From a virus (Duplodnaviria; Caudoviricetes), in IMG/VR virus record IMGVR_UViG_3300025151_000041, positions 1 through 56,594 of that record: a DNA stretch of 56,594 nt. One strand, 5' to 3'. The notes under the pieces are model-generated. The model was not told the DNA's origin and searched no databases. It was given only the letters and a program-made list of their open reading frames with translations. Position 1 is the stretch's first letter. Each line of letters opens with the position of its first letter. Below, in pieces: positions 37,982-46,565 of this stretch. The position numbers and the translations under genes were made by a program.

Positions 37982-37984
37982 GTC

Positions 37985-38056
37985 ATGGTTGTAGTAGTCA
38001 CAATGTTATTAACACTTTGGATCACTGTTCTTATTCTTGAGTTCTGGGATTGGTAA
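37985..38056 (+). CDS. possible 23-aa membrane peptide
   Basis: Manual: MVVVVTMLLTLWITVLILEFWDW*. Confidence 0.3.
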   Translation: MVVVVTMLLTLWITVLILEFWDW

Positions 38057-38112
38057 AGATGTAGAAGGTAAAGTTTGAGTGGGGAAAAAGATGTAAGGAG
38101 TAAAGCAGGAAG

Positions 38113-38162
38113 GTAAGATCCTAGAACAAGATTTGGTTAGTGTTCTTGTTCTTGGGTCTTAC
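38113..38162. repeat. long imperfect inverted repeat (19-bp stem)
   Basis: gtaagatcctagaacaaga / tcttgttcttgggtcttac. Confidence 0.7.
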
Positions 38163-38227
38163 TCCCTTTATCTATTCATTGCATCTAGCGTTTTTGCCTA
38201 CTGTGGTATTTTTACCACAAAATAGGG

Positions 38228-38295
38228 TTAAATTAAAAAAAGTTAAAAAAGGTTAAAAAAAGGGTTGCAATAGTGTTTTATTGGTGTAGGGTAGT
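38228..38295 (+). promoter_or_regulatory. putative strong promoter with three A-tracts at 10-bp phase (UP element / bend)
   Basis: ttaaaaaaag ttaaaaaagg ttaaaaaaaggg, then TTGCAA (-35) and a TAGGGT-like -10. Confidence 0.55.
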
Positions 38296-38356
38296 ACCTG
38301 TAGCTAGCAATTAACACATAGCTACATAACATTAACCAAATAAGGGTTTAACAATT

Positions 38357-39022
38357 ATGTTAAATAAAAAGCAAGTACCAAGTGCTAGTACTATAAAAAA
38401 AGCACTACCTAAGTTGGCTTTCGAAAGTTTGCCGATACCTGCTAATAGCGAAATGGTTAGCAATTTTTTAAATGCTAACCCTAACAGTGTGTTAACTGTT
38501 AACGTCGATAAGCTTAACCCTAACGCCGAAACTTTAAGTAGTATAGCTTTGGCTAGTGGTGTTAAGTTATACACCGATAAGGTTAAATATACTGTTAGCG
38601 TTAATGCTTACCACGTTGGTATGTACTTACAACAGTACGGCGTACACCCAACAAGTAAAACGCCAATTAGCGGTTTAAAAAAAGGTGTATTGCAGTTAAA
38701 TTTTGGTGCAAGTACTACACCAACTAACAAGCTAGCCGAAATTTATACAAGGGTTAAGCCTAGTGTTTATGCACCTTGTAACGGCGTACCATTTACGGCA
38801 ACGGCTTGTAGTGGTAACGGCAAGTATGCCCATTGCACCTTGTTACCATTGCTTAATGGTTGCAAGTTAAATAATAACAATGGTTACGACGCTAGGGGTA
38901 AACAAGCTAGTAACCCTAACGGTGTACTTGTTACTTTACATAGTAACGCTAACGCCATACAAACGGCTACAGTGCCACAAATAAAGTTTTATAAAAACTT
39001 TATTAAAATATTAAAAGGTTAA
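38357..39022 (+). CDS. basic hypothetical protein encoded in the GA/TC-depleted island
   Basis: 221 aa, only 7 D/E; TAAGGG RBS; terminator directly downstream. Confidence 0.75.
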   Translation: MLNKKQVPSASTIKKALPKLAFESLPIPANSEMVSNFLNANPNSVLTVNVDKLNPNAETLSSIALASGVKLYTDKVKYTVSVNAYHVGMYLQQYGVHPTSKTPISGLKKGVLQLNFGASTTPTNKLAEIYTRVKPSVYAPCNGVPFTATACSGNGKYAHCTLLPLLNGCKLNNNNGYDARGKQASNPNGVLVTLHSNANAIQTATVPQIKFYKNFIKILKG

Positions 39023-39028
39023 ACCTTA

Positions 39029-39058
39029 TGCCCCTAGGCTAACGCCTAGGGGCAATTT
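39029..39058 (+). terminator. hairpin terminator
   Basis: tgcccctaggc-taac-gcctaggggca followed by attt. Confidence 0.7.
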
Positions 39059-39259
39059 AACGGCGGTTTTTTGGCATGGTAATTGCAATAAAAAAGCAAA
39101 ACCCCCCCAAAACGTGAGGGCGAGTAAGCATAGGCTTACGAGCATATTCCAGCTCTAAAATTATGTGTCCAGAAAATACCGTAGTCCGTCGTACCCCTTT
39201 TTTGCATAATGGACTTTAGGTTCATTGCCCTTTGAAAAATTCTATAATATAAGAATTAT

Positions 39260-40720
39260 ATGAACTTGGACATTGCCCCCGAAGAAGCGTTGAAAACGTA
39301 TGCGAAGTTGCTGGGTAGAGCGACGGAGTTAACGGAGAGTGAAAAAGCGAGAAAGAACTTTATTGACTTTGTGCGGAGTGTTTGGCCTGAGTTTATAGGA
39401 GGCAAGCACCATAGTGTAATGGCGGATAAGTTTAACCGAGTGGCGAAGGGTGAGTTAAAGCGGTTGATTGTGAATATGCCGCCGAGACATACAAAATCTG
39501 AATTTGCGAGTTTTTTATTGCCAGCGTGGTTGATGGGTAGAAACCCGAAGTTAAAGATAATGCAGACGACCCACACAGCGGAGCTTGCTTTTAGATTTGG
39601 ACGTAAGGTTCGTAACTTAATGAACACGGAAGATTATGCGAAGGTATTTGAAAAAGTGAAGTTGCGAGCGGACAGCCAAGCGGCAGGTCGGTGGGAAACC
39701 AGTGATGGTGGAGAGTATTTTGCGGCAGGAGTGGGTGGTGCGGTAACGGGACGTGGAGCGGACTTGTTGATAATCGACGACCCACATTCCGAGCAGGATG
39801 CGTTGAACCCGAACAGTTTTGAACACGCCTATGAGTGGTATACCTCTGGACCTCGCCAAAGGCTCCAACCAGGAGGTTCGATAGTTGTCGTGATGACAAG
39901 GTGGGCGGAAAACGATTTAACGGGCAAAGTGCTAAAGCAGATGGCTCGTGATCCGTTGGCGGATAAGTGGGAGGTTGTGGAGTTTCCTGCGTTGTTGCCG
40001 AGTGATACTCCAACGTGGCCAGAGTTTTGGAAACAAGAAGATTTATTGGCGGTAAAGGGTAGCCTAAGTGTAGGAAAGTGGGAGGCACAGTGGCAGCAGA
40101 ACCCGACCAGTGAAACGTCGGCTATTTTAAAACGTGACTGGTGGCAAAAGTGGGAGAAGAAAGATTTACCGAAATTAACGTATGTGATGCAGAGTTATGA
40201 TACGGCGTTCAGTAAAAAAGAGCATTCCGACTATAGTGCGATAACAACGTGGGGAGTTTTTTATCCCCCAGATGGAGGAAAAGCGTGTATAATTCTAGCA
40301 GATGCGAGACGTGGTCGGTGGGATTTTCCTGATTTACGTCGGATAGCGTTAGAGGAATACAAGTATTGGGAGCCAGAAACCGTGTTGATAGAGGCGAAGG
40401 CAAGTGGAATGCCGTTAACACAAGAGTTGCGGAATATGGGAATCCCTGTTACAAATTATAGCCCAAGTAGAGGAAATGATAAATTGAGCCGTGTGAATAG
40501 TGTTGCACCAATTCTAGAAAGCGGTATGGTATATGCTCCCGACACAACGTGGTCGGAAGAGGTGATTGAGGAATGTGCGGCTTTTCCTGCTGGGGAAAAT
40601 GACGATTATGTAGATACGGTAACACAGGCGTTAAGAAGATTTAGAGAAGGCGGTTTTATAGTTCACCCCGAAGACTACGAACCAGAGGACAGCCAACCTC
40701 TAGCAAGGGTATATTACTAA
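39260..40720 (+). CDS. terL: terminase large subunit
   Basis: NMPPRHTKS, GRGADLLIIDDP, VMTRW, SYDTA, DYSA, IEAKASG, DDYVD. Confidence 0.95.
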   Translation: MNLDIAPEEALKTYAKLLGRATELTESEKARKNFIDFVRSVWPEFIGGKHHSVMADKFNRVAKGELKRLIVNMPPRHTKSEFASFLLPAWLMGRNPKLKIMQTTHTAELAFRFGRKVRNLMNTEDYAKVFEKVKLRADSQAAGRWETSDGGEYFAAGVGGAVTGRGADLLIIDDPHSEQDALNPNSFEHAYEWYTSGPRQRLQPGGSIVVVMTRWAENDLTGKVLKQMARDPLADKWEVVEFPALLPSDTPTWPEFWKQEDLLAVKGSLSVGKWEAQWQQNPTSETSAILKRDWWQKWEKKDLPKLTYVMQSYDTAFSKKEHSDYSAITTWGVFYPPDGGKACIILADARRGRWDFPDLRRIALEEYKYWEPETVLIEAKASGMPLTQELRNMGIPVTNYSPSRGNDKLSRVNSVAPILESGMVYAPDTTWSEEVIEECAAFPAGENDDYVDTVTQALRRFREGGFIVHPEDYEPEDSQPLARVYY

Positions 40721-40733
40721 AGGAGAATTAACA

Positions 40734-43202
40734 GTGGCTAAAGAACCTTCTGTTTTCAATAATGTTGAAAAGTCGTTGGTACGACCTCCAGCCGCCGCCA
40801 ACAGTTTAGAAGAAGCCGAACTGTTAGAAAAAGAAAACGATTTACTGGCAACGGGTGAGCAACAATTAGAAATCGAAATTGAGGAAGATGACGAGGGTGG
40901 TGCGGTTATCAACTTTGGCAGCGAAACGGAAGTTATTGCTACGGAGTTTGATGGCAACTTGGCGGAGGTGCTTTCCGACCGTGAGCTGAGCGATATTAGC
41001 AGTTATGTAACCCAGAGCCACCAAGATGACAAAAGTTCTAGAGAAGATTGGGAAGATACCTACAGCAAAGGACTTGACCTTTTAGGTTTGCGGTACGAAA
41101 TCCGTACTGAACCGTTTCAGGGAGCGACGGGAGTTATTCACCCAATACTTAACGAAGCTGTAACACAGTTTCAATCGGCGGCTTATAAAGAACTTTTGCC
41201 GAGCAATGGTCCTGTAAAGACAAAAATCATAGGCAAAGTAAATCAAGAAATAGAAAACAAAGCCGACAGAGTAAAAGAATTTTTAAATTATCAGATTATG
41301 TACGAAATGGAAGAGTACGAGCCTGAGTTTGACCAGATGTTGTACTATTTGGGTAACGCTGGCAGTGCTTTTAAGAAAGTTTACTTTGACCAACAGTTAA
41401 ATCGCCCTGTAAGTAAGTTTGTTCCAGCCGAAGATTTGGTTGTACCGTACACAGCGACCGACTTACGCTCTGCAGATCGTGTTACGCATGAAATAAGCAT
41501 GAGTATGAACGAGGCTCGGAAGCAACAGGTAAGTGGATTTTTCCGTGATATCGAGTTAATGCCAGAACAAGAGGGCAGCGAGGACTCAGTACAGGAAAAA
41601 ATGGACAAATTAGAGGGTGTAAAGCCTTCGTACAACGATAAAGACCGTGAACTAACGCTTTTGGAGTGCCATTGCTACCTCGATTTAGAGGATTTTCCTG
41701 ATGTTGGGGAAGATGGCGAGCCAACAGGCGTAAAACTCCCTTATATTGTGACTGTTTGTCGTGATAATGCGGAAGTTTTGGCGGTTCGTCGGAATTATAT
41801 GCAAGATGACCCTAAAAAAACTAAAATTGAGTACTTTGCCCACTATAAATTTACTCCAGGATTAGGGTTTTATGGCTTTGGGCTGATACATCTACTGGGA
41901 AATTTAAGTCGAACAGCGACAAGTACCCTTCGCCAGATGATAGATGCAGGAACATTAAGTAATTTACCAGCAGGGTTTAAAGCAAGAGGGCTGCGAATAG
42001 CAGACGATGAAAACCCTGTCCAGCCAGGAGAGTTTAGGGACGTAGATGTTCCAGGAGGAGATTTAAAAGGAGCTTTGCTGCCACTGCCTTATAAAGAACC
42101 TTCTGGAACTTTATTCCAATTAATGGGTTTTGTTATAGCCAGTGCTGAAAAATTTGTAGGAACACAAGATCTTGGCTTTGAAGGCAACCAAAGTGGAGAT
42201 ATGCCCGTTGGTACAACGGTAGCGTTGCTAGAACGTGGAAGCAAGGTAATCAGTGCGGTGCATAAACGCCTTCATGCGGCTATGCGTATAGAACTCAAAC
42301 TCCTTGCAAAATTATTTTCGGAACTTGCACCCGAAGAAGCCAAATACCCGTATGCTGTAGATGGACAACAAGCAGGACCTCAAGGACAAGTAGGACCAAA
42401 TATTTTTGCTCAGGACTTTAGTGCAGAAATCGACGTATTACCAGTTAGCGATCCTAACATCTTTAGTATGTCGCAACGTATTATGTTAGCACAGGAACAG
42501 CTCAAGTTGGCAATGGCTATGCCAGAGATGCACAATATGTACGAGAGTTTCCGTCGGTTGTACAGTGCGTTGGGTGTCGACAACATAGACGAATTGTTAA
42601 AAAGACCGCCAGATCCTGTGCCTGTAAGTCCAGCCGTAGAAAATGGAAAAGCACCGTTAGTTGTTACGGGTGGGGCTGAACCTCCGAAGGCGTTTCCTGA
42701 ACAAGATCATGATGCTCATATTGCAGCTCACTTGGCATTTTTACAGACAAAAGTGGTAAAAGAATCAACAGCTATATATGCTGTTATTTTGGAGCATATC
42801 TACCAGCACATAGGTTTTAAAGCTGAAATGATGGTTGCCTCAGAAATGCAACAACAGGGTATGCAACCAAACCCACAGCAAAAACCAATGATAGATGCAG
42901 CCATAGCACAGAAAATTGCACAGCTTACAGCCGAGTTTAATGAAATGGAAAAAGAAATGAGTGGTGGCGAACAACAAGATCCGCTTGTTGCGTTAAAACA
43001 ACGTGAACTCGACATAAAAGCTGGAGACCTTGCCCGTAAGCAACAAGATGACCAACGTGGGTTTGAGCTTGATAATAAAAAATTAACTCAAGCAGCTAAT
43101 CTACAAAGGGAAAGAATAGAGTCACAGGAAGACATAGCACAGCTAAGAGCTAATGTTGCAATGGATAAAACGTACAATGCACCAAGAGGAGCAGGACAAT
43201 GA
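40734..43202 (+). CDS. portal protein
   Basis: 822 aa right after terL; GSAFKKVYFD, GFYGFGLIH, PVGTTVALLE; C-terminal coiled coil (P22-like barrel). Confidence 0.85.
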   Translation: MAKEPSVFNNVEKSLVRPPAAANSLEEAELLEKENDLLATGEQQLEIEIEEDDEGGAVINFGSETEVIATEFDGNLAEVLSDRELSDISSYVTQSHQDDKSSREDWEDTYSKGLDLLGLRYEIRTEPFQGATGVIHPILNEAVTQFQSAAYKELLPSNGPVKTKIIGKVNQEIENKADRVKEFLNYQIMYEMEEYEPEFDQMLYYLGNAGSAFKKVYFDQQLNRPVSKFVPAEDLVVPYTATDLRSADRVTHEISMSMNEARKQQVSGFFRDIELMPEQEGSEDSVQEKMDKLEGVKPSYNDKDRELTLLECHCYLDLEDFPDVGEDGEPTGVKLPYIVTVCRDNAEVLAVRRNYMQDDPKKTKIEYFAHYKFTPGLGFYGFGLIHLLGNLSRTATSTLRQMIDAGTLSNLPAGFKARGLRIADDENPVQPGEFRDVDVPGGDLKGALLPLPYKEPSGTLFQLMGFVIASAEKFVGTQDLGFEGNQSGDMPVGTTVALLERGSKVISAVHKRLHAAMRIELKLLAKLFSELAPEEAKYPYAVDGQQAGPQGQVGPNIFAQDFSAEIDVLPVSDPNIFSMSQRIMLAQEQLKLAMAMPEMHNMYESFRRLYSALGVDNIDELLKRPPDPVPVSPAVENGKAPLVVTGGAEPPKAFPEQDHDAHIAAHLAFLQTKVVKESTAIYAVILEHIYQHIGFKAEMMVASEMQQQGMQPNPQQKPMIDAAIAQKIAQLTAEFNEMEKEMSGGEQQDPLVALKQRELDIKAGDLARKQQDDQRGFELDNKKLTQAANLQRERIESQEDIAQLRANVAMDKTYNAPRGAGQ

Positions 43203-43837
43203 GTGAATTTGGTAGCGACATAGTTTATGGACCAGATGGCGAAGTTCTTTACAACCCATCAAATCCAGGAGGTATAAACCGTACAGGAAAAAGAATGTAC
43301 AACATAGCGGATTTTGTAACTCAGTTTGATGTTTTGCCAGAAGGCTTAACACCAAATCAACCACCTGCGTTACCAGAAAGAGGCAGTCCGCCTCCTCCTC
43401 CGCCTACACCTGCACCTCCAACTGCACCTCCAACTACAGGTGGTGGTCAACCTCCTCCGCCTACACCTGCATCTCCAGGAACAGCTTACTTAGATTCAAT
43501 AAACAAAAGATATATGACCGATTTTAATAATTATTTGGCTGGTGGTAGAGATGAGGCTTCATGGATTTCTAGCCCTTTATATCAAAGTTACGAAAGTGAA
43601 ATAATCGGTGGCATAGATAGGCTTGGGTTAGAAGACTACGATAGAGCAACAAAAGATTTTGCATTTCACAGCAATAGAGCAGGACAAACAGGTAATCCTT
43701 ATGCAGCCAGTAGTGCTAGAATTGCCAATGCTTTGCAAAATAAATTAAATTTTTTTAACGCTACAATAACACCAGAGTATTTTATGGCGGAAGGTGGTTT
43801 AGTAAATTACAATAAAGGTATTAAAAGTTTAACTTAG
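43199..43837 (+). CDS. Pro-rich hypothetical virion protein
   Basis: PPPPPTPAP repeats; C-terminal FMAEGGLV. Confidence 0.55.
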   Translation: MSEFGSDIVYGPDGEVLYNPSNPGGINRTGKRMYNIADFVTQFDVLPEGLTPNQPPALPERGSPPPPPPTPAPPTAPPTTGGGQPPPPTPASPGTAYLDSINKRYMTDFNNYLAGGRDEASWISSPLYQSYESEIIGGIDRLGLEDYDRATKDFAFHSNRAGQTGNPYAASSARIANALQNKLNFFNATITPEYFMAEGGLVNYNKGIKSLT

Positions 43838-43847
43838 GAGAAAACTT

Positions 43848-44024
43848 ATGGGTAAAGGTAAAGACAACGTACAAACTTCTATGGAAGTTTTTCAAGCTGA
43901 TGGTTCTCACATGGTTGATTATGCCAAAACAGAACAAGTTGAAGTGCCAAAAGCTATGAAAGGTTTTAAAAAAGCTAGGGGTCAAGGTGACGCAATCGGT
44001 GGTGTAAAATTCACTGTACGTTAA
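43848..44024 (+). CDS. small virion-region protein (58 aa)
   Basis: Manual: MGKGKDNVQ...KKARGQGDAIGGVKFTVR*; AGGAG RBS. Confidence 0.55.
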   Translation: MGKGKDNVQTSMEVFQADGSHMVDYAKTEQVEVPKAMKGFKKARGQGDAIGGVKFTVR

Positions 44025-44036
44025 AAGGATTCTAGA

Positions 44037-44408
44037 GTGTTAATCACAAGTGCTCCCCAGTACATACAGGGGTTGACAAATGCAAAAGTAGATTTAACAG
44101 GAACAAGTGTTACGACGCTGTACACCTCTCCCAGCACAGTGTCGTTTTCTGTTGTAAACTCAATACTAGTATCAGAAGATTCAGGCAATGCCGATACAAT
44201 CACTGTTACGTTGACAAGTGGATCTGATGTTTTTAGTTTGTTTAAAACGAAAGCTGTTGATGCAAATGGAACGCTAGAATTATTGAGTAGGGATTTAGTT
44301 GTGCAATCTGGTGAAATTTTAAAAGTGACAGCTGCAACGGGTAATAGGCTACACGTTGTTGCAAGCATACAAGAATTCTTGTTGTCACGAGCAGGGGCGG
44401 TGAGTTGA
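44037..44408 (+). CDS. beta-rich structural protein
   Basis: TTLYTSP, SILVS, LVVQSGEILKVTA. Confidence 0.55.
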   Translation: MLITSAPQYIQGLTNAKVDLTGTSVTTLYTSPSTVSFSVVNSILVSEDSGNADTITVTLTSGSDVFSLFKTKAVDANGTLELLSRDLVVQSGEILKVTAATGNRLHVVASIQEFLLSRAGAVS

Positions 44409-44564
44409 TTAGTTATGATAAGTATTTATATGACGTAGTAAAAGAAAAAATTAAAAAACAGGAAAAGTTGTTAAAAGAACAAGAGCTATTGTTACAAAAA
44501 CAAGAAAAGTTAATAAAATCGCAGTTAGATAAAGTTATTTTTTTAAAACGCAAATGAGGACAAT

Positions 44565-44720
44565 ATGAGCTGGTTAGAAAGTATAAAAACATTTTTCTTT
44601 GGTGAGCCTACAGGTGAAAGAGCAAGAGATAGTAAAGGTCGTTACATACCAGATGATGAATCTACACCAAATATAAATGAAGCATATAAAGATGGTCGGA
44701 CTCCTATAAAAAAGGTTTAA
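44565..44720 (+). CDS. small conserved phage protein
   Basis: Manual: ...RARDSKGRYIPDDESTPNINEAY...; GAGG RBS. Confidence 0.55.
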   Translation: MSWLESIKTFFFGEPTGERARDSKGRYIPDDESTPNINEAYKDGRTPIKKV

Positions 44721-44721
44721 T

Positions 44722-44928
44722 GTGTCAGAGGGTTTACCAGATAAAGCAGGATATCAAAAAAACAGACGGTATATGTGCTGGGCTTTGTTGATTGCTATGC
44801 TCGCAACAACAATAGCAACATTATTACACCCAGAACGTATGGCAGAAGCAGAAAGTATTATTATGACTCAGTATTTAGCTATGTCTGGTGTTGTTGGTGC
44901 ATACTTTGGTTTTACCAGTAGGAAATAG
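44722..44928 (+). CDS. 2-TM membrane protein (holin-like)
   Basis: Two hydrophobic segments; GVVGAYFG. Confidence 0.55.
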   Translation: MSEGLPDKAGYQKNRRYMCWALLIAMLATTIATLLHPERMAEAESIIMTQYLAMSGVVGAYFGFTSRK

Positions 44929-44930
44929 TT

Positions 44931-45287
44931 ATGTATGAGTATAAATGCAAATTAATTCGTGTTGTAGATGCTGACACAGTTATATGCAATGTGGACTTAG
45001 GGTTTAGCGTTGTTCTTGCTAACCAAAGAATTAGGTTCTACGGAATAGATACACCAGAGAGTAGAACACGCAACAAAGAAGAAAAGAAGTTAGGCTTGAA
45101 CGCAAAAGCCAGAACTAAAGAATTAATACCGAAGCAATTTATTATGAAAACACACAAAGATGCCAAAGGTAAATTTGGTCGTATTCTTGGAGAGCCATTA
45201 ATAGATGGTGTTAGTATATGCGATATACTAATAAAAGAAGGACACGCCAGACCTTACTTTGGTGGAACAAAAGAGGAGTGGGTATGA
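44931..45287 (+). CDS. staphylococcal nuclease (thermonuclease)-like protein
   Basis: RVVDADT, VDLGF, RIR..GIDTPESRT, GKFGRILG, EGHA..Y.GG. Confidence 0.8.
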   Translation: MYEYKCKLIRVVDADTVICNVDLGFSVVLANQRIRFYGIDTPESRTRNKEEKKLGLNAKARTKELIPKQFIMKTHKDAKGKFGRILGEPLIDGVSICDILIKEGHARPYFGGTKEEWV

Positions 45288-45658
45288 TATTTAGCGGAAT
45301 TGTAAGTGCTGTAGGTGGTATAGCCACAGCATGGATGGAAAACAAAGTTGAGCAAACTAAAGCTAAAGGTGCTTTAAATGTCGCAATAGAGCAACGCAAA
45401 ACTAAAATGGCAACAGGTGAAATAGACTGGGATCAAACAATGGCAGAAGCCAGCAAAGATTCTTGGAAAGATGAGTGGCTGGTTCTTTTATTTTCTGTTC
45501 CGCTTATTTTAGCTTTTTGTGGTGATTGGGGCAGAGCTATTGTTGAATCTGGTTTTGCCGCTTTAGAAACTGCTCCAGAATGGTATCGGTATACGTTAGG
45601 TGTGATTGTTGCCGCTAGTTTTGGATTTCGTGGGGCAGCTAAATTTTTTAAAAAATAG
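45284..45658 (+). CDS. holin (3TM / GTA-type)
   Basis: SWKDEW, TM segment, P.WY...L...V.ASFG.R. Confidence 0.65.
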   Translation: MIFSGIVSAVGGIATAWMENKVEQTKAKGALNVAIEQRKTKMATGEIDWDQTMAEASKDSWKDEWLVLLFSVPLILAFCGDWGRAIVESGFAALETAPEWYRYTLGVIVAASFGFRGAAKFFKK

Positions 45659-45666
45659 GAGGATTT

Positions 45667-45897
45667 ATGTCCGATAGAGAAAAAGAAATTAGAAAAAAGA
45701 CAATTTTAGAAGAATATGTTTTGGATAAAACAGATTTAGATGAAAAAGTATTAAAAACAATAGACGATGTAGAAATCTTCTTAGAAGAAAGAAAAAGTAA
45801 CGTACAGTTTGTTTGGAATAAATTCCGTAAAACAGCTTATGTATTTCTTTCTATAGGTTTTATTGTAGGTGTTTTATTTGGTTGGGCGTTTCTTTAA
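45667..45897 (+). CDS. small protein with C-terminal TM helix
   Basis: AGGAGG RBS; hydrophobic C-terminus. Confidence 0.5.
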   Translation: MSDREKEIRKKTILEEYVLDKTDLDEKVLKTIDDVEIFLEERKSNVQFVWNKFRKTAYVFLSIGFIVGVLFGWAFL

Positions 45898-46091
45898 TGT
45901 CAGACCTTTACATTTATGAAAAAATGTTGAAGACTATACGAGATCGTAGAAAATCAATTGAAGAAACTATAACATATGGTGCTGTAGCTGATTTTTCTAC
46001 TTTTCAAGATCTTCGAGCAAAACTTGGAGAGCTTGCTTTTTTAGAACAGGAGTTAAAATCCCTGCATAACAAGGTAACTGAAAATGACTAA
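45897..46091 (+). CDS. small helical hypothetical protein
   Basis: Start MSDLY; precedes GroES-like gene. Confidence 0.5.
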   Translation: MSDLYIYEKMLKTIRDRRKSIEETITYGAVADFSTFQDLRAKLGELAFLEQELKSLHNKVTEND

Positions 46092-46548
46092 AACTTTACT
46101 TGTACCCGATCACATAGCGGAAAAGAGACAAAAAGAAAAAGAGGGTGTTTTATCCTCTGCTTATGTAAAAGAAGAAGAAAGGTTTTTCGACCCTTCTAAA
46201 CTACCACAAAAATCAATAGACAGATTGCCACAACCTACAGGCTGGAGAATTTTATTACTCCCCTATCGTGGACAAGTTAAAACAGAAGGTGGTGTACACA
46301 TACCAGACCAAGTTCAAGAAAGAGAAACTCTTGCAACGGTGTGTGGCTACATACTTCGTGTTGGACCAGATGCCTATAATGACACCGACAAGTTTCCTAA
46401 TGGAGCTTGGTGTAAAGAAGGTGACTGGGTTATTTTCGGGCGTTACGCTGGAAGTCGATTTAAGATAGAAGGCGGTGAAGTTCGAATTTTAAATGATGAT
46501 GAAATCATTGCTACTATAAATGATCCAAGTGATATCTTGCATATTTAA
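46084..46548 (+). CDS. groES: GroES/Cpn10-like co-chaperonin
   Basis: PTGWRILL, KTEGGV, VGPDAY, GDWVIFGRYAG, RILNDDEIIA. Confidence 0.85.
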   Translation: MTKTLLVPDHIAEKRQKEKEGVLSSAYVKEEERFFDPSKLPQKSIDRLPQPTGWRILLLPYRGQVKTEGGVHIPDQVQERETLATVCGYILRVGPDAYNDTDKFPNGAWCKEGDWVIFGRYAGSRFKIEGGEVRILNDDEIIATINDPSDILHI

Positions 46549-46565
46549 TCATGGAAAGGAATACC

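Noticed and set aside
38228-38262. CtrA boxes (TTAA-N7-TTAA)
   Set aside because: TTAA spacing is N6, better explained as phased A-tracts.
38186-39115. General restriction-site (palindrome) avoidance as the cause of the island
   Set aside because: The island keeps many palindromes (GTTAAC, AAGCTT, AGTACT, CCTAGG, GCTAGC, TCGA); the loss is specific to GA/TC outside a CG context.
38186-39115. DarT (TNTC/TCT) avoidance or UV-dimer avoidance
   Set aside because: TNTC and its complement remain (tttc, gaaa, gata), TCT specificity would not remove TCA/TCC, and TT, CT and CC are plentiful. Not fully excluded for an unknown variant.
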